NCBI GenBank assembly: GCA_038239305.1
Contig: JBBSEW010000014.1
Coordinates: 629 to 64,628, forward strand
DNA: 64,000 nt
DNA from: Thermoanaerobaculia bacterium
GTDB lineage: Bacteria; Acidobacteriota; Thermoanaerobaculia; UBA5066; Gp7-AA6
Reading direction: 5' to 3'
Shown here: piece after piece, positions 8,410-18,765 of the stretch
Layout of the letters: every line of letters begins with the position of its first letter
Numbering within the stretch: position 1 is the first letter of the stretch
Notes under the pieces: generated by a model
What the model saw: only the letters and a program-made list of their open reading frames with translations
The model's database searches: none
What the model was told of the DNA's origin: nothing
Translations under genes and position numbers: made by a program

Positions 8410-11214
8410 CTAGAAGCTGAACGTTCCGGTCGCGATGAACCGCCGCGGCGGCGCGTACGACAGCGGCTGGCCGAACGTCGGGTTGGGCGTGGCGTTCGTG
8501 CCGTCGTCCGTAAACTTGACCTTATCGACGCTCAACGCCGGCTGGGAGTTGAAGACGTTCAGCAGGCGTCCCTCGAGGCGGACACTCATGCCGCTGCCGA
8601 TCGGGATGCTCTGAGCCACAAGCAGGTCGAAATTCGTCCAGGAGGTGGTGCGCCGGCTGCCCGCGGGTTCGATGTACTGGTACGGCACGTCGTAGACCGG
8701 GTCGTACTGCTGCGCCTGCCACGGCCGCCCGCTCTGGAAGCGGAAATATCCGCCGACGACCGTGTTCGTCGGCAGTGTGTAGGATCCGAAGAGCTTGACG
8801 ACGTGCGTCCGATCGCCTTCCAGGATGCCCTGCCGGTACTGATCCTGGACGCGGATGCCGGGCCCGTCCTGGATATAGGACGACGAGTAGAAGAGTTGCG
8901 TGGCGTAGTCGAGGTCCCAGTTTCCGTCGAGGCGCGAGAGCGTGTAGGAGAGATCCGCGCTCCAGCGATTGTCCCCGCCCGTCTTGCGGAGCTGGACCGT
9001 GGCGGCGCGATACCGGCGCTTGCCCGGGATGTTGCCGTAGCGGAAGTCTTTCGGATCGAGATCGACAAAATTGCTGCCGTTGGCGGCGAAGTCCTCGATC
9101 ACGTCGAGAGTCCGCCGATAGATGCCGTACGCCTCGACGGAGAAGCCCTGGCCGAGCGGCCGCGCGTAACCGATGAGGTACTCGTCCGTGAACGTCGGAT
9201 CGATGTTCGGGAGGACCCGCTTGTCCTGGTTGTTGGAGCGGGTGATCTGCTGGAGCAGGGCGCCCGACTGGAGGTCGAAAAACGCGTCGGTCCGGAACAG
9301 GCGGATCGGCGAAGCCGCGCGGGCGATCGACTGGTTGTCGAGGTTGTCGTATCGGGCGAAATTCGCATAGGCCTTGTCGTGGACGTTGGAGTCGATCTCG
9401 TAGGCGACGCCGACGCGGGGCTGGAACTGCTTCGACCAGGGGATGGTGAGCGTGTCGCGGTAGGTGCACGCGGCGGCCGTCACCCCGGAGCCGCAGGTGG
9501 GGATCGCGACCGAGTTCGTTACAGTCGAGTCTCCGCTCATGAAAACGAAGGAGCCGCCCTGCGGGATGTAGGTGTCCCGGTTGACCAGGACGCCCATGTT
9601 GATGGTGAGCTTGCTCCACGTCATCTGGTCCTGGAGGAAAATTCCCCAGGTCCGGCCCTTCGAGACCTGCGCCGGCTGATCGGGACTGTACCGGGCGCGG
9701 TAGCACACGCCGCCGTTCGTCCCGAGACAGCCCGACGAGCTCAGCCGGCTGATGCTGCCCCATCCGTTGGCGATTCTCTTGAGCTCCTCGCGGTTCGCGC
9801 TGAAGTCGACGCCCGCCCGGATGTCATGGCTTGCGCCGAGGAAGTTGGCGAGGTAGCTCGTGGTCAGCTTGTACTCGTCGCGGTAGAAGTCGTCGTTGTT
9901 GATCGCGAGGTTGGTGCCGCCGAGGGCGTGTCCCGTGACAGGGTCGTTGTAGAGGCCGACGAGCTCGGGGTGCACGGGATTGAACGGAGGCTGGTAGCCG
10001 AAGTCGATGAGCGGCGACGCGCCGTTGTGATTCTCGTTGTGATTGAACTTGGCCTCGATGTTGAACTTCGGAGAGGCGGTGAGAAACCAGGAGCCGACGA
10101 TGATCCGGTCGAGCTCCTTGGGATCGTCACCCGTGGTCGCCGCGTCGGTGTTGATGTCGGCGTTCGTCTGGGTGACGGTGCGGTAGCGGAACGACCCCTC
10201 GAAGAGCTGATTCGAGAAGGGAGTCGCGGTGAGTTTCGCGAAATATTCGTTGATGTCGAGGGCCGAGTCCGGGATCGGGTTCGGGGCGCTGCCCGGACCG
10301 TTCAGGTTGTTGAAGCGGTCCTTCTCATTCTGCCGGTAGAAGTTCGCGGAACCGTAGAAGAAGAGCATGTCGGGGACGACCGGACCGCCCACGCTCGCGC
10401 CCGGGCGAACGCGGTTGATCTTGCTCGAGTTGTTCGGGTCCTTGCTCGTCGATTCGAGTCCGGACGGCTCGTATTCGACGCGGGCATCGCCGTGAAAGTT
10501 GTTCGTGCCGGACTTCGTCACGCCGTTGACGATGAATCCGCCGGTGCGCCCGTACTCTGGCGAGACCCCGGCTCGGGTGATGTTGACCTCCTGGATGTCG
10601 AGCTCCGCGAAGTCCTGGAAGAGGTCGGCGAAGAACGGGTTCGTGACGTTCACCCCGTCGTAGAGGAACTGATTGTCCTGGCGGCCGCCGCCGGCGTTGA
10701 AGCCGGGCGTCGTGTTCGAGATCGCGACGCCGCTGTCCGCGACGCCGGGCGCCAGCTCCATGGTGCCCGCGAACGTGCGAGCGAGCGGCAGTTTCTCGAT
10801 CGCGGCGCGGTCCGTGACGGTCGAAGCCGTCGAGGACTTCGTATCGATCACCGGAGTGGCCGCCGTGACCGTGATCTCGGCGGTCGTGCTCGGGCGCAAG
10901 ACCGCGCGCACTTCCGTCTCCAGCTGAATGGAGACGACGACGTCCTGCTCGAACGCTCCGAGCCCCGAGAGATCGGCTTTCAGGTGATACGTGCCGGGCA
11001 GGAGCGCGAAGAACTGGAACGACCCGTCGGCGGCGCTCGTCGCCGTGCGTCCGCGCGGCATGACGTCGCTCGTCACCGTGACGCTCACTCCGGGGAGGGC
11101 TCCCCCCTGGCCGTCCCGAACCGATCCGGAGATCGAGCCGGTGGTCTGCGCGAACGCGAGGGGGGCGGCGAGCGCGGTGAACGCGATCGCGAGAATCAGG
11201 GACCGAAGGCGCAT
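8410..11214 (-). CDS. TonB-dependent receptor, Oar-like, with N-terminal carboxypeptidase-regulatory-like domain (paralog 1)
   Basis: Signal peptide MRLRSLILAIA...AFAQ; TTGSISGSVRD...LPGVSV; plug DGVNVTNP, SPEYGRTGG, TKSGTN; C-terminal F; RBS AAGGAG. Confidence 0.9.
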   Translation of the reverse strand: MRLRSLILAIAFTALAAPLAFAQTTGSISGSVRDGQGGALPGVSVTVTSDVMPRGRTATSAADGSFQFFALLPGTYHLKADLSGLGAFEQDVVVSIQLETEVRAVLRPSTTAEITVTAATPVIDTKSSTASTVTDRAAIEKLPLARTFAGTMELAPGVADSGVAISNTTPGFNAGGGRQDNQFLYDGVNVTNPFFADLFQDFAELDIQEVNITRAGVSPEYGRTGGFIVNGVTKSGTNNFHGDARVEYEPSGLESTSKDPNNSSKINRVRPGASVGGPVVPDMLFFYGSANFYRQNEKDRFNNLNGPGSAPNPIPDSALDINEYFAKLTATPFSNQLFEGSFRYRTVTQTNADINTDAATTGDDPKELDRIIVGSWFLTASPKFNIEAKFNHNENHNGASPLIDFGYQPPFNPVHPELVGLYNDPVTGHALGGTNLAINNDDFYRDEYKLTTSYLANFLGASHDIRAGVDFSANREELKRIANGWGSISRLSSSGCLGTNGGVCYRARYSPDQPAQVSKGRTWGIFLQDQMTWSKLTINMGVLVNRDTYIPQGGSFVFMSGDSTVTNSVAIPTCGSGVTAAACTYRDTLTIPWSKQFQPRVGVAYEIDSNVHDKAYANFARYDNLDNQSIARAASPIRLFRTDAFFDLQSGALLQQITRSNNQDKRVLPNIDPTFTDEYLIGYARPLGQGFSVEAYGIYRRTLDVIEDFAANGSNFVDLDPKDFRYGNIPGKRRYRAATVQLRKTGGDNRWSADLSYTLSRLDGNWDLDYATQLFYSSSYIQDGPGIRVQDQYRQGILEGDRTHVVKLFGSYTLPTNTVVGGYFRFQSGRPWQAQQYDPVYDVPYQYIEPAGSRRTTSWTNFDLLVAQSIPIGSGMSVRLEGRLLNVFNSQPALSVDKVKFTDDGTNATPNPTFGQPLSYAPPRRFIATGTFSF

Positions 11215-11358
11215 AGCTTCTCCTTGTATGCGGGCCGGGCCCGCGAACCGAGAAAACGAATCGTCGAGGTGACACGGCCGATTCCGGAAAATTAGCACGA
11301 TCTTAACGACGTTTTACGGAAGGATGGGGTCAAGGTTCGCGACCCCGACGCGTTTGGC

Positions 11359-11388
11359 AAAAAGAGCCGGAAGTACCGCTTCCGGCTC
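11359..11388 (-). terminator. Intrinsic terminator of TonB-dependent receptor 2
   Basis: GAGCCGGAAG-loop-CTTCCGGCTC followed by TTTT on the minus strand. Confidence 0.7.
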
Positions 11389-11446
11389 GATCCGGGCCTC
11401 GCTGAGTGCGGAGGTCCGATACCGGACAGCGGAGAGCTCCCCGGCG

Positions 11447-14248
11447 TTAAAAGCTGAAGAGTCCTGTCAGGAGAAACCGCCGCGGCGGCGCGTAGCTCGT
11501 GGGGTGTCCGAAATCGGGGTTTGCCGTCGTGTTCGAGTCGTCCGCGTAGAGGACCTTGTCGGCGGACAGGGGCGGCTGCGAATTGAAGACGTTCAGGAGC
11601 CGGCCTTCGACGCGGAACGTTCCGAATCCGCCGAGCGGGATGTTCTGGGCGACCAGCAGGTCGAAGTTAGTCCACGAGGGAAGGCGGCGGCTGCCGGCTT
11701 TCTCGGCGTACTCGTACGGCACGCCGTAGAACGGGTCGTACTCCTGCGCCTGCCAGGGCCGGCCGCTCTGGAAACGCAGGTATCCGCCGACGATCGTGCT
11801 GGTCGGCAGCGTATAGGTCGCGAAGAGCTTCAGGACGTGCGTCCGATCGCCTTCGAGGGTTCCGGTGCGGAACGGGTCGGTCGTCCGGATGCCGGGACCG
11901 TCCTGGATGTACGACGACGCGTAGAAGAGCTGGGTCGCGTAGTCGAGGTCCCAGTTTCCCTCGAGCTTCGAGAGCGTGTAGGAGAGATCCGCCGACCACC
12001 GGTTGTCGGAGGACGTCTTGCGGGCCTCCACCGTGATCGCTCGGTACTTGCGGTGGCCGGGGATGTTGCCGTAGCGGAAGTCGGACGGGTGCGGGTTGGC
12101 CGGATCGTTTCCGTTGGCGGCGAAGTCCTCGATGATGTCCGTGGTCCGGCGGTACATGCCGTAAGCCTCGATCGAGAGGCCCTGACCGAGCGGACGGGCG
12201 TATCCGATGAGGAGCTCGTCGGTGTCCGTGGGGTCGATGCCGGGAAGGACGCGCTTGTCCTGCTGATTCGAACGGATCGTCTGGCCGATGAACTGGCCGG
12301 TGACGCGGTCGAAGAAAGCGTCGACGCGGAGGAGGCGGAAGGGGGCGGCCGCGCGGGCGATCGACTGGTTGTCGAGGTTGTCGTAGCGCGCGAAGTTCGC
12401 GTACAGCTTGTCGTGCACGGTGGAATCCACCTCGTACGCGGCGCCGACGCGCGGCTGCCACTGCTTCGAGAACGGGATCGTGAGCGTGTTCTGGTAGGTG
12501 CAGGCCGCGGCCGTGACGCCCGCGCCGCAGGTCGGAACGGCCGTCGTGTTCGGGATCGTGTAGTCGCCGTTTTCGAACACGAAGTAGCCGCCCTGCGGGA
12601 TGTAATGGTCGCGGTTGACGAGGACGCCCGCGTTGATCGTCAGGCTGTTCCACGTCATCTGGTCCTGCGCGAAGAGGCCGATCGTCTGCCCCTTCGAGAC
12701 CTGCCCCGGCTGGTTCGGGCTGTAGCGGGCGCGATAGCAGCGGGAGCCGTTGGCGGGCCCGCAGTTGGTGGCGGAAGTCGTGAGCGAGATCGCGCCCCAG
12801 CCGTTGGCGATCCGCTCGAGGTTCTCGCGGTTGTCGGAGAATGTCGCGCCCGCGCGGATGTCGTGCGAGGCGCCGAGGAAGTTCGCGAGGTAGCTGCCCG
12901 TCAGCTTGTACTCGTTGCGGCGGAAGTCGTCGTTGTTGCTCGCGAGCGCGGAGCCGCCGATCGTCGTGCCGTTTCCCGGAGAGAAATTGCCGACGAGCTC
13001 GGGGTTGGCAGCGTTGAACGGGGGCTGGTACCCGAATCCGAGGATCGGGGTCGCGCCATTGTGATTCTCGTTGTGGTTGTACTTGGCCTCGAGGTTGAAC
13101 TTCGAGCTCGCGGTCCAGAACCAGGACGCGACGATGATGCGGTCGAGGTCCTTCGGGTTGTCGCCCGTCGTCGCGGCAGCGGTCGTTCCGATGTCGCCGT
13201 TCGTCTGTTCGACGGTACGGTAGCGGAACGACCCTTCGATCAGCTGGTTCGAGGTCGGCGTCGCCGTGAGCTTGCCGAAATACTCGTTGATGTCGAGGTC
13301 GGAATCGGGGAGCGGATTCGGCGCGCCGCCGAGGTTGAAGTTGTTGAAGGCGTCCTTCTCGGTCTGCCGGTAGAAGTTGGCGGATCCGTAAAAGAAGAGG
13401 CGGTCGGCGAGGATCGGGCCGCCGATGCTCGCGCCGGGCCGCACGCGGTTGAAGCGGGCGGTGTTGTTCGGGTCCTTGCTGTCCGCCGCGAGCCCCGACG
13501 GGGAGTACTCGACGCGGGCGTCGCCGTGGAAGCTGTTCGTGCCCGACTTCGTGACGCCGTTGACGATGAAGCCGCCCGTCCGGCCGTACTCGGGCGAAAC
13601 GCCGGCTCGCGTGATGTTGATCTCTTGGATGTCGAGCTCGGCGAAGTCCTGGAAGAGGTCGCCGAAGAACGGGTTCGTCACGTTGACGCCGTCGTACAGG
13701 AACTGGTTGTCCTGGCGTCCGCCGCCTGCGTTGAAGCCGGGGTTGGTGTTGGAGATGGCGACACCGCTGACGGCCACTCCGGGCGCGAGCGCCATGGTGC
13801 CCGCGAACGTGCGCTCCAGGGGGAGCCGCTCGATCGTCGCGCGGTCCGTCGCGTTCGAGACCGTCGTCGACTTCGTGTCGATGATCGGAGTCGCGGCTGT
13901 GACGGTGACTTCCGCCGTTGCCGTAGCGTTCAAGATCGGGCGGACTTCGGTCAGCTTCTGGATGGAGACCACGACGTCCTGGTCATAGGCGCCGAGGCCG
14001 GAAAGCTCGGCCTTGAGGTGATACGTGCCGGGCAGCAGCCCGTCGAAGCGGAAGGCACCGTCCGCGGCCGTCGTCGCGGTTCGGCGCGCCGGCATGTTGG
14101 CGCTCGTGATCGTGACGGTCGCGCCCGGCAGAGCGCCTCCCTGGGCGTCTTTCACCGAGCCGGAGATCGAGCCGGTCGTCTGGGCCAGGGCGGCCGGGAT
14201 CGTGACCGCAAAAAACACAATCGCAAGCAGCAGGGAACGAGCACGCAT
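11447..14248 (-). CDS. TonB-dependent receptor, Oar-like (paralog 2)
   Basis: Collinear with paralog 1, with long identical runs; signal peptide MRARSLLLAIV; RBS GAGGAG; ends in FSF. Confidence 0.9.
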   Translation of the reverse strand: MRARSLLLAIVFFAVTIPAALAQTTGSISGSVKDAQGGALPGATVTITSANMPARRTATTAADGAFRFDGLLPGTYHLKAELSGLGAYDQDVVVSIQKLTEVRPILNATATAEVTVTAATPIIDTKSTTVSNATDRATIERLPLERTFAGTMALAPGVAVSGVAISNTNPGFNAGGGRQDNQFLYDGVNVTNPFFGDLFQDFAELDIQEINITRAGVSPEYGRTGGFIVNGVTKSGTNSFHGDARVEYSPSGLAADSKDPNNTARFNRVRPGASIGGPILADRLFFYGSANFYRQTEKDAFNNFNLGGAPNPLPDSDLDINEYFGKLTATPTSNQLIEGSFRYRTVEQTNGDIGTTAAATTGDNPKDLDRIIVASWFWTASSKFNLEAKYNHNENHNGATPILGFGYQPPFNAANPELVGNFSPGNGTTIGGSALASNNDDFRRNEYKLTGSYLANFLGASHDIRAGATFSDNRENLERIANGWGAISLTTSATNCGPANGSRCYRARYSPNQPGQVSKGQTIGLFAQDQMTWNSLTINAGVLVNRDHYIPQGGYFVFENGDYTIPNTTAVPTCGAGVTAAACTYQNTLTIPFSKQWQPRVGAAYEVDSTVHDKLYANFARYDNLDNQSIARAAAPFRLLRVDAFFDRVTGQFIGQTIRSNQQDKRVLPGIDPTDTDELLIGYARPLGQGLSIEAYGMYRRTTDIIEDFAANGNDPANPHPSDFRYGNIPGHRKYRAITVEARKTSSDNRWSADLSYTLSKLEGNWDLDYATQLFYASSYIQDGPGIRTTDPFRTGTLEGDRTHVLKLFATYTLPTSTIVGGYLRFQSGRPWQAQEYDPFYGVPYEYAEKAGSRRLPSWTNFDLLVAQNIPLGGFGTFRVEGRLLNVFNSQPPLSADKVLYADDSNTTANPDFGHPTSYAPPRRFLLTGLFSF

Positions 14249-14325
14249 GGAACTTAACTCCTCATACCTCATAGTGCGGACGGGCGCCCGCGAGTGGAAC
14301 CACGAATCAACAGGAAAGAAAAATT

Positions 14326-15567
14326 CTACTCTTTTTCCAGGCGGATCAGGTCATCGAATGTCTCGCGGCGGCGCACGATCCGGATTTCTCCTCCGTCCAC
14401 GAGGACCTCGGCGGCGCGGCCGCGGAAGTTGTAGTTCGAGGACATCGCGAAGCCGTACGCGCCAGCGTCGCGGATGGCGAGCAGATCGCCCTCGGCCGGC
14501 TCCGGCAGCTCGAGATCACGCGCGAAGAAGTCGCTCGTCTCGCAGATCGGGCCGACGACGTCGGCCGTGAGCCGCCGGTCGGACGGAGGGCCGACGGGCT
14601 CGATCGGGTGGACGGCGCCGTAAAGGGGCGGGCGAATGAGGTCGTTCATCGCCGCATCCGTCACGACGAAATCCTTGTCGCCATTCTTCTTGCGGTAGAG
14701 GACACGCGTCACCAGGACGCCGGCCGGACCGACGATGGCGCGGCCGGGCTCGATCAGGAGGCGCACCGGAAGGCCCGCGATCCGCGGCATGACCGCCGCG
14801 GCGTACGCCTCCGGCGAGAGGGCGGGAGACGAGCCGTCTCCGATGCCGATGCCGCCGCCCACGTCCACGGTTTCCAACGGAAAGCCGCGGGCGAGAAGCT
14901 CCGAGGCGAGCGCCGCGAGCTCGCGCGCGGTCTCGCCGAGCGGGCCGGGATCCGCGATCTGGCTGCCGATGTGGGCCTGAATCCCCGTCATGCGGACATT
15001 CGGCAGCCGGCGGGCGCGTTCGTAGATCTCCCGCGCGCGGGAGATGTCGATGCCGAACTTGTTGTGCTTCAGCCCGGTCGAAATGTACGGGTGGGACTTC
15101 GGATCGATGTCGGGATTCACGCGCAGCGCGAGCCGCGCGATCCGTTTCAGCCGGCCCGCCGCTTCGTTGATTTTCTCGATCTCGCGCTCCGACTCGGCGT
15201 TGAAGGCGAGGATGCCGGACTCCACGCCGAAACGGATCTCATCGTCGGTCTTGCCAACGCCGGAGAAAACGATGCGATCGGCGGGAAAGCCGCAGAGGAG
15301 AGCGGCCCGGAGCTCACCGCCGGAGACGACGTCGGCGCCGGCGCCTTGCGCGGCGAGGACTCTCAGGACGGCGAGATTCGAGTTGGCCTTGGTCGCGTAG
15401 CAGACGAGGTGCGGAACGGGGGAGAACGCCCTGTCGAAACGGCGGAAATTTCCCTCGACGAGCGACCGGCTGTAGACATACACGGGTGTGCCGGCGGCCT
15501 CCGCGACGGCCGAAAGAAGGACTCCGTCACAGGTCAGCAGACCGTTTACTCGCGAGAATCCGGTCAC
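14326..15567 (-). CDS. lysA: Diaminopimelate decarboxylase
   Basis: GTPVYVYS, YATKANS (PLP lysine), HPYISTG...KFG, HIGSQ, EPGR, GPICETSD, GAYG..MSSNYN; GTG start inferred. Confidence 0.95.
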   Translation of the reverse strand: MTGFSRVNGLLTCDGVLLSAVAEAAGTPVYVYSRSLVEGNFRRFDRAFSPVPHLVCYATKANSNLAVLRVLAAQGAGADVVSGGELRAALLCGFPADRIVFSGVGKTDDEIRFGVESGILAFNAESEREIEKINEAAGRLKRIARLALRVNPDIDPKSHPYISTGLKHNKFGIDISRAREIYERARRLPNVRMTGIQAHIGSQIADPGPLGETARELAALASELLARGFPLETVDVGGGIGIGDGSSPALSPEAYAAAVMPRIAGLPVRLLIEPGRAIVGPAGVLVTRVLYRKKNGDKDFVVTDAAMNDLIRPPLYGAVHPIEPVGPPSDRRLTADVVGPICETSDFFARDLELPEPAEGDLLAIRDAGAYGFAMSSNYNFRGRAAEVLVDGGEIRIVRRRETFDDLIRLEKE

Positions 15568-15592
15568 GGGCGCGGACGATAGCACCGTGAAG

Positions 15593-15835
15593 AATCGGGT
15601 GATCGGGCGATCGGGTGATCGGGGTGATCGGGTGATCAATCCGGGGAATCGGGTGATCGGAGGAGGTGGAGGGAGGGAGGCTTCGGCTGCAGTATGAATC
15701 CCGCGATCTCGCGATCAATCGAACTATCGCGTCATCGGGAGATCGGTGGGTAACCGGAGAGCGAGCCTTCCCCCTCGCCCCCGGACTCGGGGGAGAGGGC
15801 CGGGGTGAGGGGGAGGGCCCGATCGGGAAGAGTGT
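15593..15835. repeat. Intergenic repeat mosaic: ATCGGGTG-type octamer tandem array, GATCTCGCGATCAATCGAACTATCG motif and BoxC-like hairpin
   Basis: Several ATCGGG(T/C)G copies at 15594-15660; shared motif at 15705-15729; CCCCTCGCCC...GGGAGAGGGCCGGGGTGAGGG at 15771-15812. Confidence 0.8.
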
Positions 15836-15838
15836 CGG

Positions 15839-17794
15839 TCAGAGATGTCCCAGGACCACACGCTTCTCCCCCGTGTCGGGATCGAAGCGGACGAGTGAGG
15901 CAGGCAGAGGACTACCGCCGGGCACGAGGCCGAAAAACAACTTGGAGGCCTCGCAGCCTGCCGGGAGATCATCAGGGTCGATCTCGAGCCAGCTAGCGGG
16001 TAGGGGTATCAGGTCCTGTGAGGCGAGGCGAAGGGAGCGGGAGTGTGAGTCGATCAACACGAGAGTGCGCTCTTCCTGAGCGAGTCCTCGCAGGGAAACC
16101 GGAAACAGACCTGTCGAGGACTCAACCCCCAGGCGCGTTGCATGACGCTGGCCGAGCAAAATCCTGCCCTCAGTCGCTCCCGCGGACGAATACAGGTCGG
16201 CCCAAGATTGCGCGTCGTTCTCGCAGAGGAGAAGGATCCCGCCGTCCGACCGGATGGCTCCATCGATGAATTGTCCGGAAAGCGAGATTGTCGACCTGAC
16301 GGCGAGGGTTCGCGAATCCACTACTCGCACTACGCCGAGGACGAGGTCGGCGATGAGCAGGTGGTCTTTGGAGGCGGAACGAATCATGCGTCGACTGCCC
16401 CCGCGAAGTGTCAAACGTCCCGTACCCGCCAAACTGCGTGCGGCGAGGTCGATTTCAAACGATCCCAACGACCAGGAAGGTCCCTCGACGGTGTCTCGCT
16501 CAAAGACCCGGATCCTGTCAGCGGTTTCAAACCAGGCATCCGAGATGCTTTGATCGCCGGAGAAATGGAACGCTCCTGTCAGTCGGCCCGATTTCAGGTC
16601 GAACACGGACAGCCTTTGCTGTTCGATGGCGGCAAGTTTTGTTCCTCCGGGCGAAAGCGCTATCGAATATACGGACGCGGGCAGAACAGCCTTTGTCTCG
16701 ACTGCGGGAGCAGAACGGCGATCGAGGCTTCGGAGCTTGACGAGCATCGCCCCCGTCGGCCCGTTACTAACCATTCGGAAGATCCAGGAAGGGTTCACCG
16801 CACGAGAGAGCTCGGCCCACGCCGCCGAGCTTCCGTCCTGGCTGACGGCCGTCATTTTTACTCGCCCTGCGGGAAGGCGCTCGAAGGCGCCCGACCGAGT
16901 GTCGAAGAGAATCGAATCCCACGCACCGCGACCGATTCCTTCCAGCCAAACCCAGCCCGATGGACCGGCCGCTCGGATCGAGAGGATATTGACCGCGGCG
17001 AGCGGCGTGGAGAGGACCCAGGTCGAATACAAGAACCCCAGAGCGATTGTCCCGCCTAAAGCGCTCCAGATCGTTTGGAACTGGCGCCGATGGACGATTC
17101 GCGGCGCGGTGCGCCCTCCGGCAATCGCTCGATAGCTCGCCAGAAGAAGAACGACGGCAAGAACACCCGTGGTGTAGACGACGAGGCGTCCTGCCGGATC
17201 GGCGACCCCGCGAAGGAGGATCATCCAAACGGGGATCAAGCGAAGGAACAATGCCCAGGCCCCCAGCACGACGGCTGCTCCGGCGAGAAGCTCGAAAAGC
17301 GCCAGGCGGGACTGCGAACGAATAGCGATCGCGCAAGCGTGGGAGACGAGCATCAGGACGAGCAGCTCCGCACCTGCCGTTACAATCGCGCTCCAGCTCC
17401 CGCCGGAAAAATCTCGGAGATGGGGCAGCCCTCGGCCCAATGCCAGCGTCGGAAGAAGCGGAATCACGATGCCGGCCACCACGAGAAAGCCGGCTCCGAG
17501 GAACTTGCCTGCCCATAGCGCTCCCGCCGAGATGGGTTTCGAGAAATAGAAGCCCATCCGCCGGGAAACCAGTTCCGCCGTGAACAGGGAGACTCCGAGA
17601 GCCACCGCGAGACCCGCCCCGAAAGTCCCTGCCAGGATCAACGCCGTCATCTCGCGCGCGATCGGTACCGCGTCGCCGGAAAGCTGACGGACGATGGGCA
17701 CGAGGATCGGGATCACCGATGCCACGGCTGCCGCAACGAGCACAAACCGTCTCTCCCCGATCTCCCGCCGCGCGACGGCCAGTAGTGCCTTCAT
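15839..17794 (-). CDS. ABC transporter permease-like membrane protein with large C-terminal beta-propeller-like domain
   Basis: MKALLAVARREI start and LWAGKF motif typical of ABC-2 permeases; about six TM helices; AVSQDG and ALSPGG repeats; ATGA-coupled to the ATPase. Confidence 0.7.
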   Translation of the reverse strand: MKALLAVARREIGERRFVLVAAAVASVIPILVPIVRQLSGDAVPIAREMTALILAGTFGAGLAVALGVSLFTAELVSRRMGFYFSKPISAGALWAGKFLGAGFLVVAGIVIPLLPTLALGRGLPHLRDFSGGSWSAIVTAGAELLVLMLVSHACAIAIRSQSRLALFELLAGAAVVLGAWALFLRLIPVWMILLRGVADPAGRLVVYTTGVLAVVLLLASYRAIAGGRTAPRIVHRRQFQTIWSALGGTIALGFLYSTWVLSTPLAAVNILSIRAAGPSGWVWLEGIGRGAWDSILFDTRSGAFERLPAGRVKMTAVSQDGSSAAWAELSRAVNPSWIFRMVSNGPTGAMLVKLRSLDRRSAPAVETKAVLPASVYSIALSPGGTKLAAIEQQRLSVFDLKSGRLTGAFHFSGDQSISDAWFETADRIRVFERDTVEGPSWSLGSFEIDLAARSLAGTGRLTLRGGSRRMIRSASKDHLLIADLVLGVVRVVDSRTLAVRSTISLSGQFIDGAIRSDGGILLLCENDAQSWADLYSSAGATEGRILLGQRHATRLGVESSTGLFPVSLRGLAQEERTLVLIDSHSRSLRLASQDLIPLPASWLEIDPDDLPAGCEASKLFFGLVPGGSPLPASLVRFDPDTGEKRVVLGHL

Positions 17795-18765
17795 CGCTTT
17801 TCCCCCTCCGCCTTCGCCGGCTCCTCGCCCGCCACCGCTACGAAGATCTCCTCGAGCGTGAGCGCATCCGCCTCCGCGCCTTCGACGCCGTCGATCTGGC
17901 GGAACCGCGCGAATTTCTCATCCGTCCAGTCCGAGACCACCGCGTCGATGCCCCAGCCGCGCACCTGGACTTTCACGGCGTCGAACGCGTCCAGCTCGTT
18001 GCCGTACTCCGTCCGCGTTTCCGTCATCCGGTTGGCGTAGCGGATGCGGCGGAAGCGGGACTTGAGCGGCTCGACGTCCTCGTCCAGGGCGAGCCGGCCG
18101 CCTTTGAGGATTCCGACCCGCGTCGCGATTCCTTCGACCGCCGCGAGGTCGTGCGTCGTCACGAAGATCGTCGTTCCGCGATCCGCGAGGTCCTCGACGA
18201 GCTCCTCCCAGAACGCGCGGCGCGCGACGACGTCGAGGCCGAGCGTCGGGTCATCCAGGACGAGAAGATCCGGGGAAGGCGCGAGCGCCATCGCCAGGAG
18301 GACCTGGCCCTTCTGCCCCTTCGACAGCCGTCCGAACGGCGTCTTCACCGGGACCCCGAATCGCGCGAGACGCCGCGTCACGGACTCCGCGTCCCACGCC
18401 GGGTACAGGCGGCGGCAGAAGTTGGAGATCTGGAGGGCGGTCATGGCCGGCGGCGCGTCCGGCTCCTCCGGAACGACTCCGACGCGCGCGAGCAGCCGGG
18501 CGCGATGCTTCCACGAGCTCTCGCCGAACAGCCGCGCCTCGCCGTCCTGGGGCTTCTGCTCTCCCAGCAGGCAGCGCACGAGCGAGGACTTGCCCGCGCC
18601 GTTGCGGCCGAGGAGCACGTAGACGCCTCCCGCCGGCACCGCGAAAGAAACGCTCTCGCAGGCCACCGCGCGGCCGTAGCGCACCGTGAGGCCTCGGACC
18701 TCGGCGGGCGCCGCGTCCGACGCGGAGCGTCCCGTCGCCTGAGACACCGCGGTTTCTCCGGTCAT
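17791..18765 (-). CDS. ABC transporter ATP-binding protein (YtrB-like)
   Basis: GRNGAGKS, LSKGQ, LLVLDDPT, TTHD. Confidence 0.92.
   Translation of the reverse strand: MTGETAVSQATGRSASDAAPAEVRGLTVRYGRAVACESVSFAVPAGGVYVLLGRNGAGKSSLVRCLLGEQKPQDGEARLFGESSWKHRARLLARVGVVPEEPDAPPAMTALQISNFCRRLYPAWDAESVTRRLARFGVPVKTPFGRLSKGQKGQVLLAMALAPSPDLLVLDDPTLGLDVVARRAFWEELVEDLADRGTTIFVTTHDLAAVEGIATRVGILKGGRLALDEDVEPLKSRFRRIRYANRMTETRTEYGNELDAFDAVKVQVRGWGIDAVVSDWTDEKFARFRQIDGVEGAEADALTLEEIFVAVAGEEPAKAEGEKR

Noticed and set aside
8000-8413. 137-aa plus-strand ORF
   Set aside because: It is the antisense shadow of the orphan receptor fragment and resembles the shadow ORFs of the intact receptors
8410-14248. Diversity-generating retroelement (template/variable repeat) explanation for the receptor duplicates
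   Set aside because: No reverse transcriptase in the window, and the differences include indels and are not adenine-specific
15593-15700. CRISPR array in the tandem-repeat regions (also 37400-37640 and 62855-62920)
   Set aside because: Period is 7-9 bp with no unique spacers, and no cas genes are present
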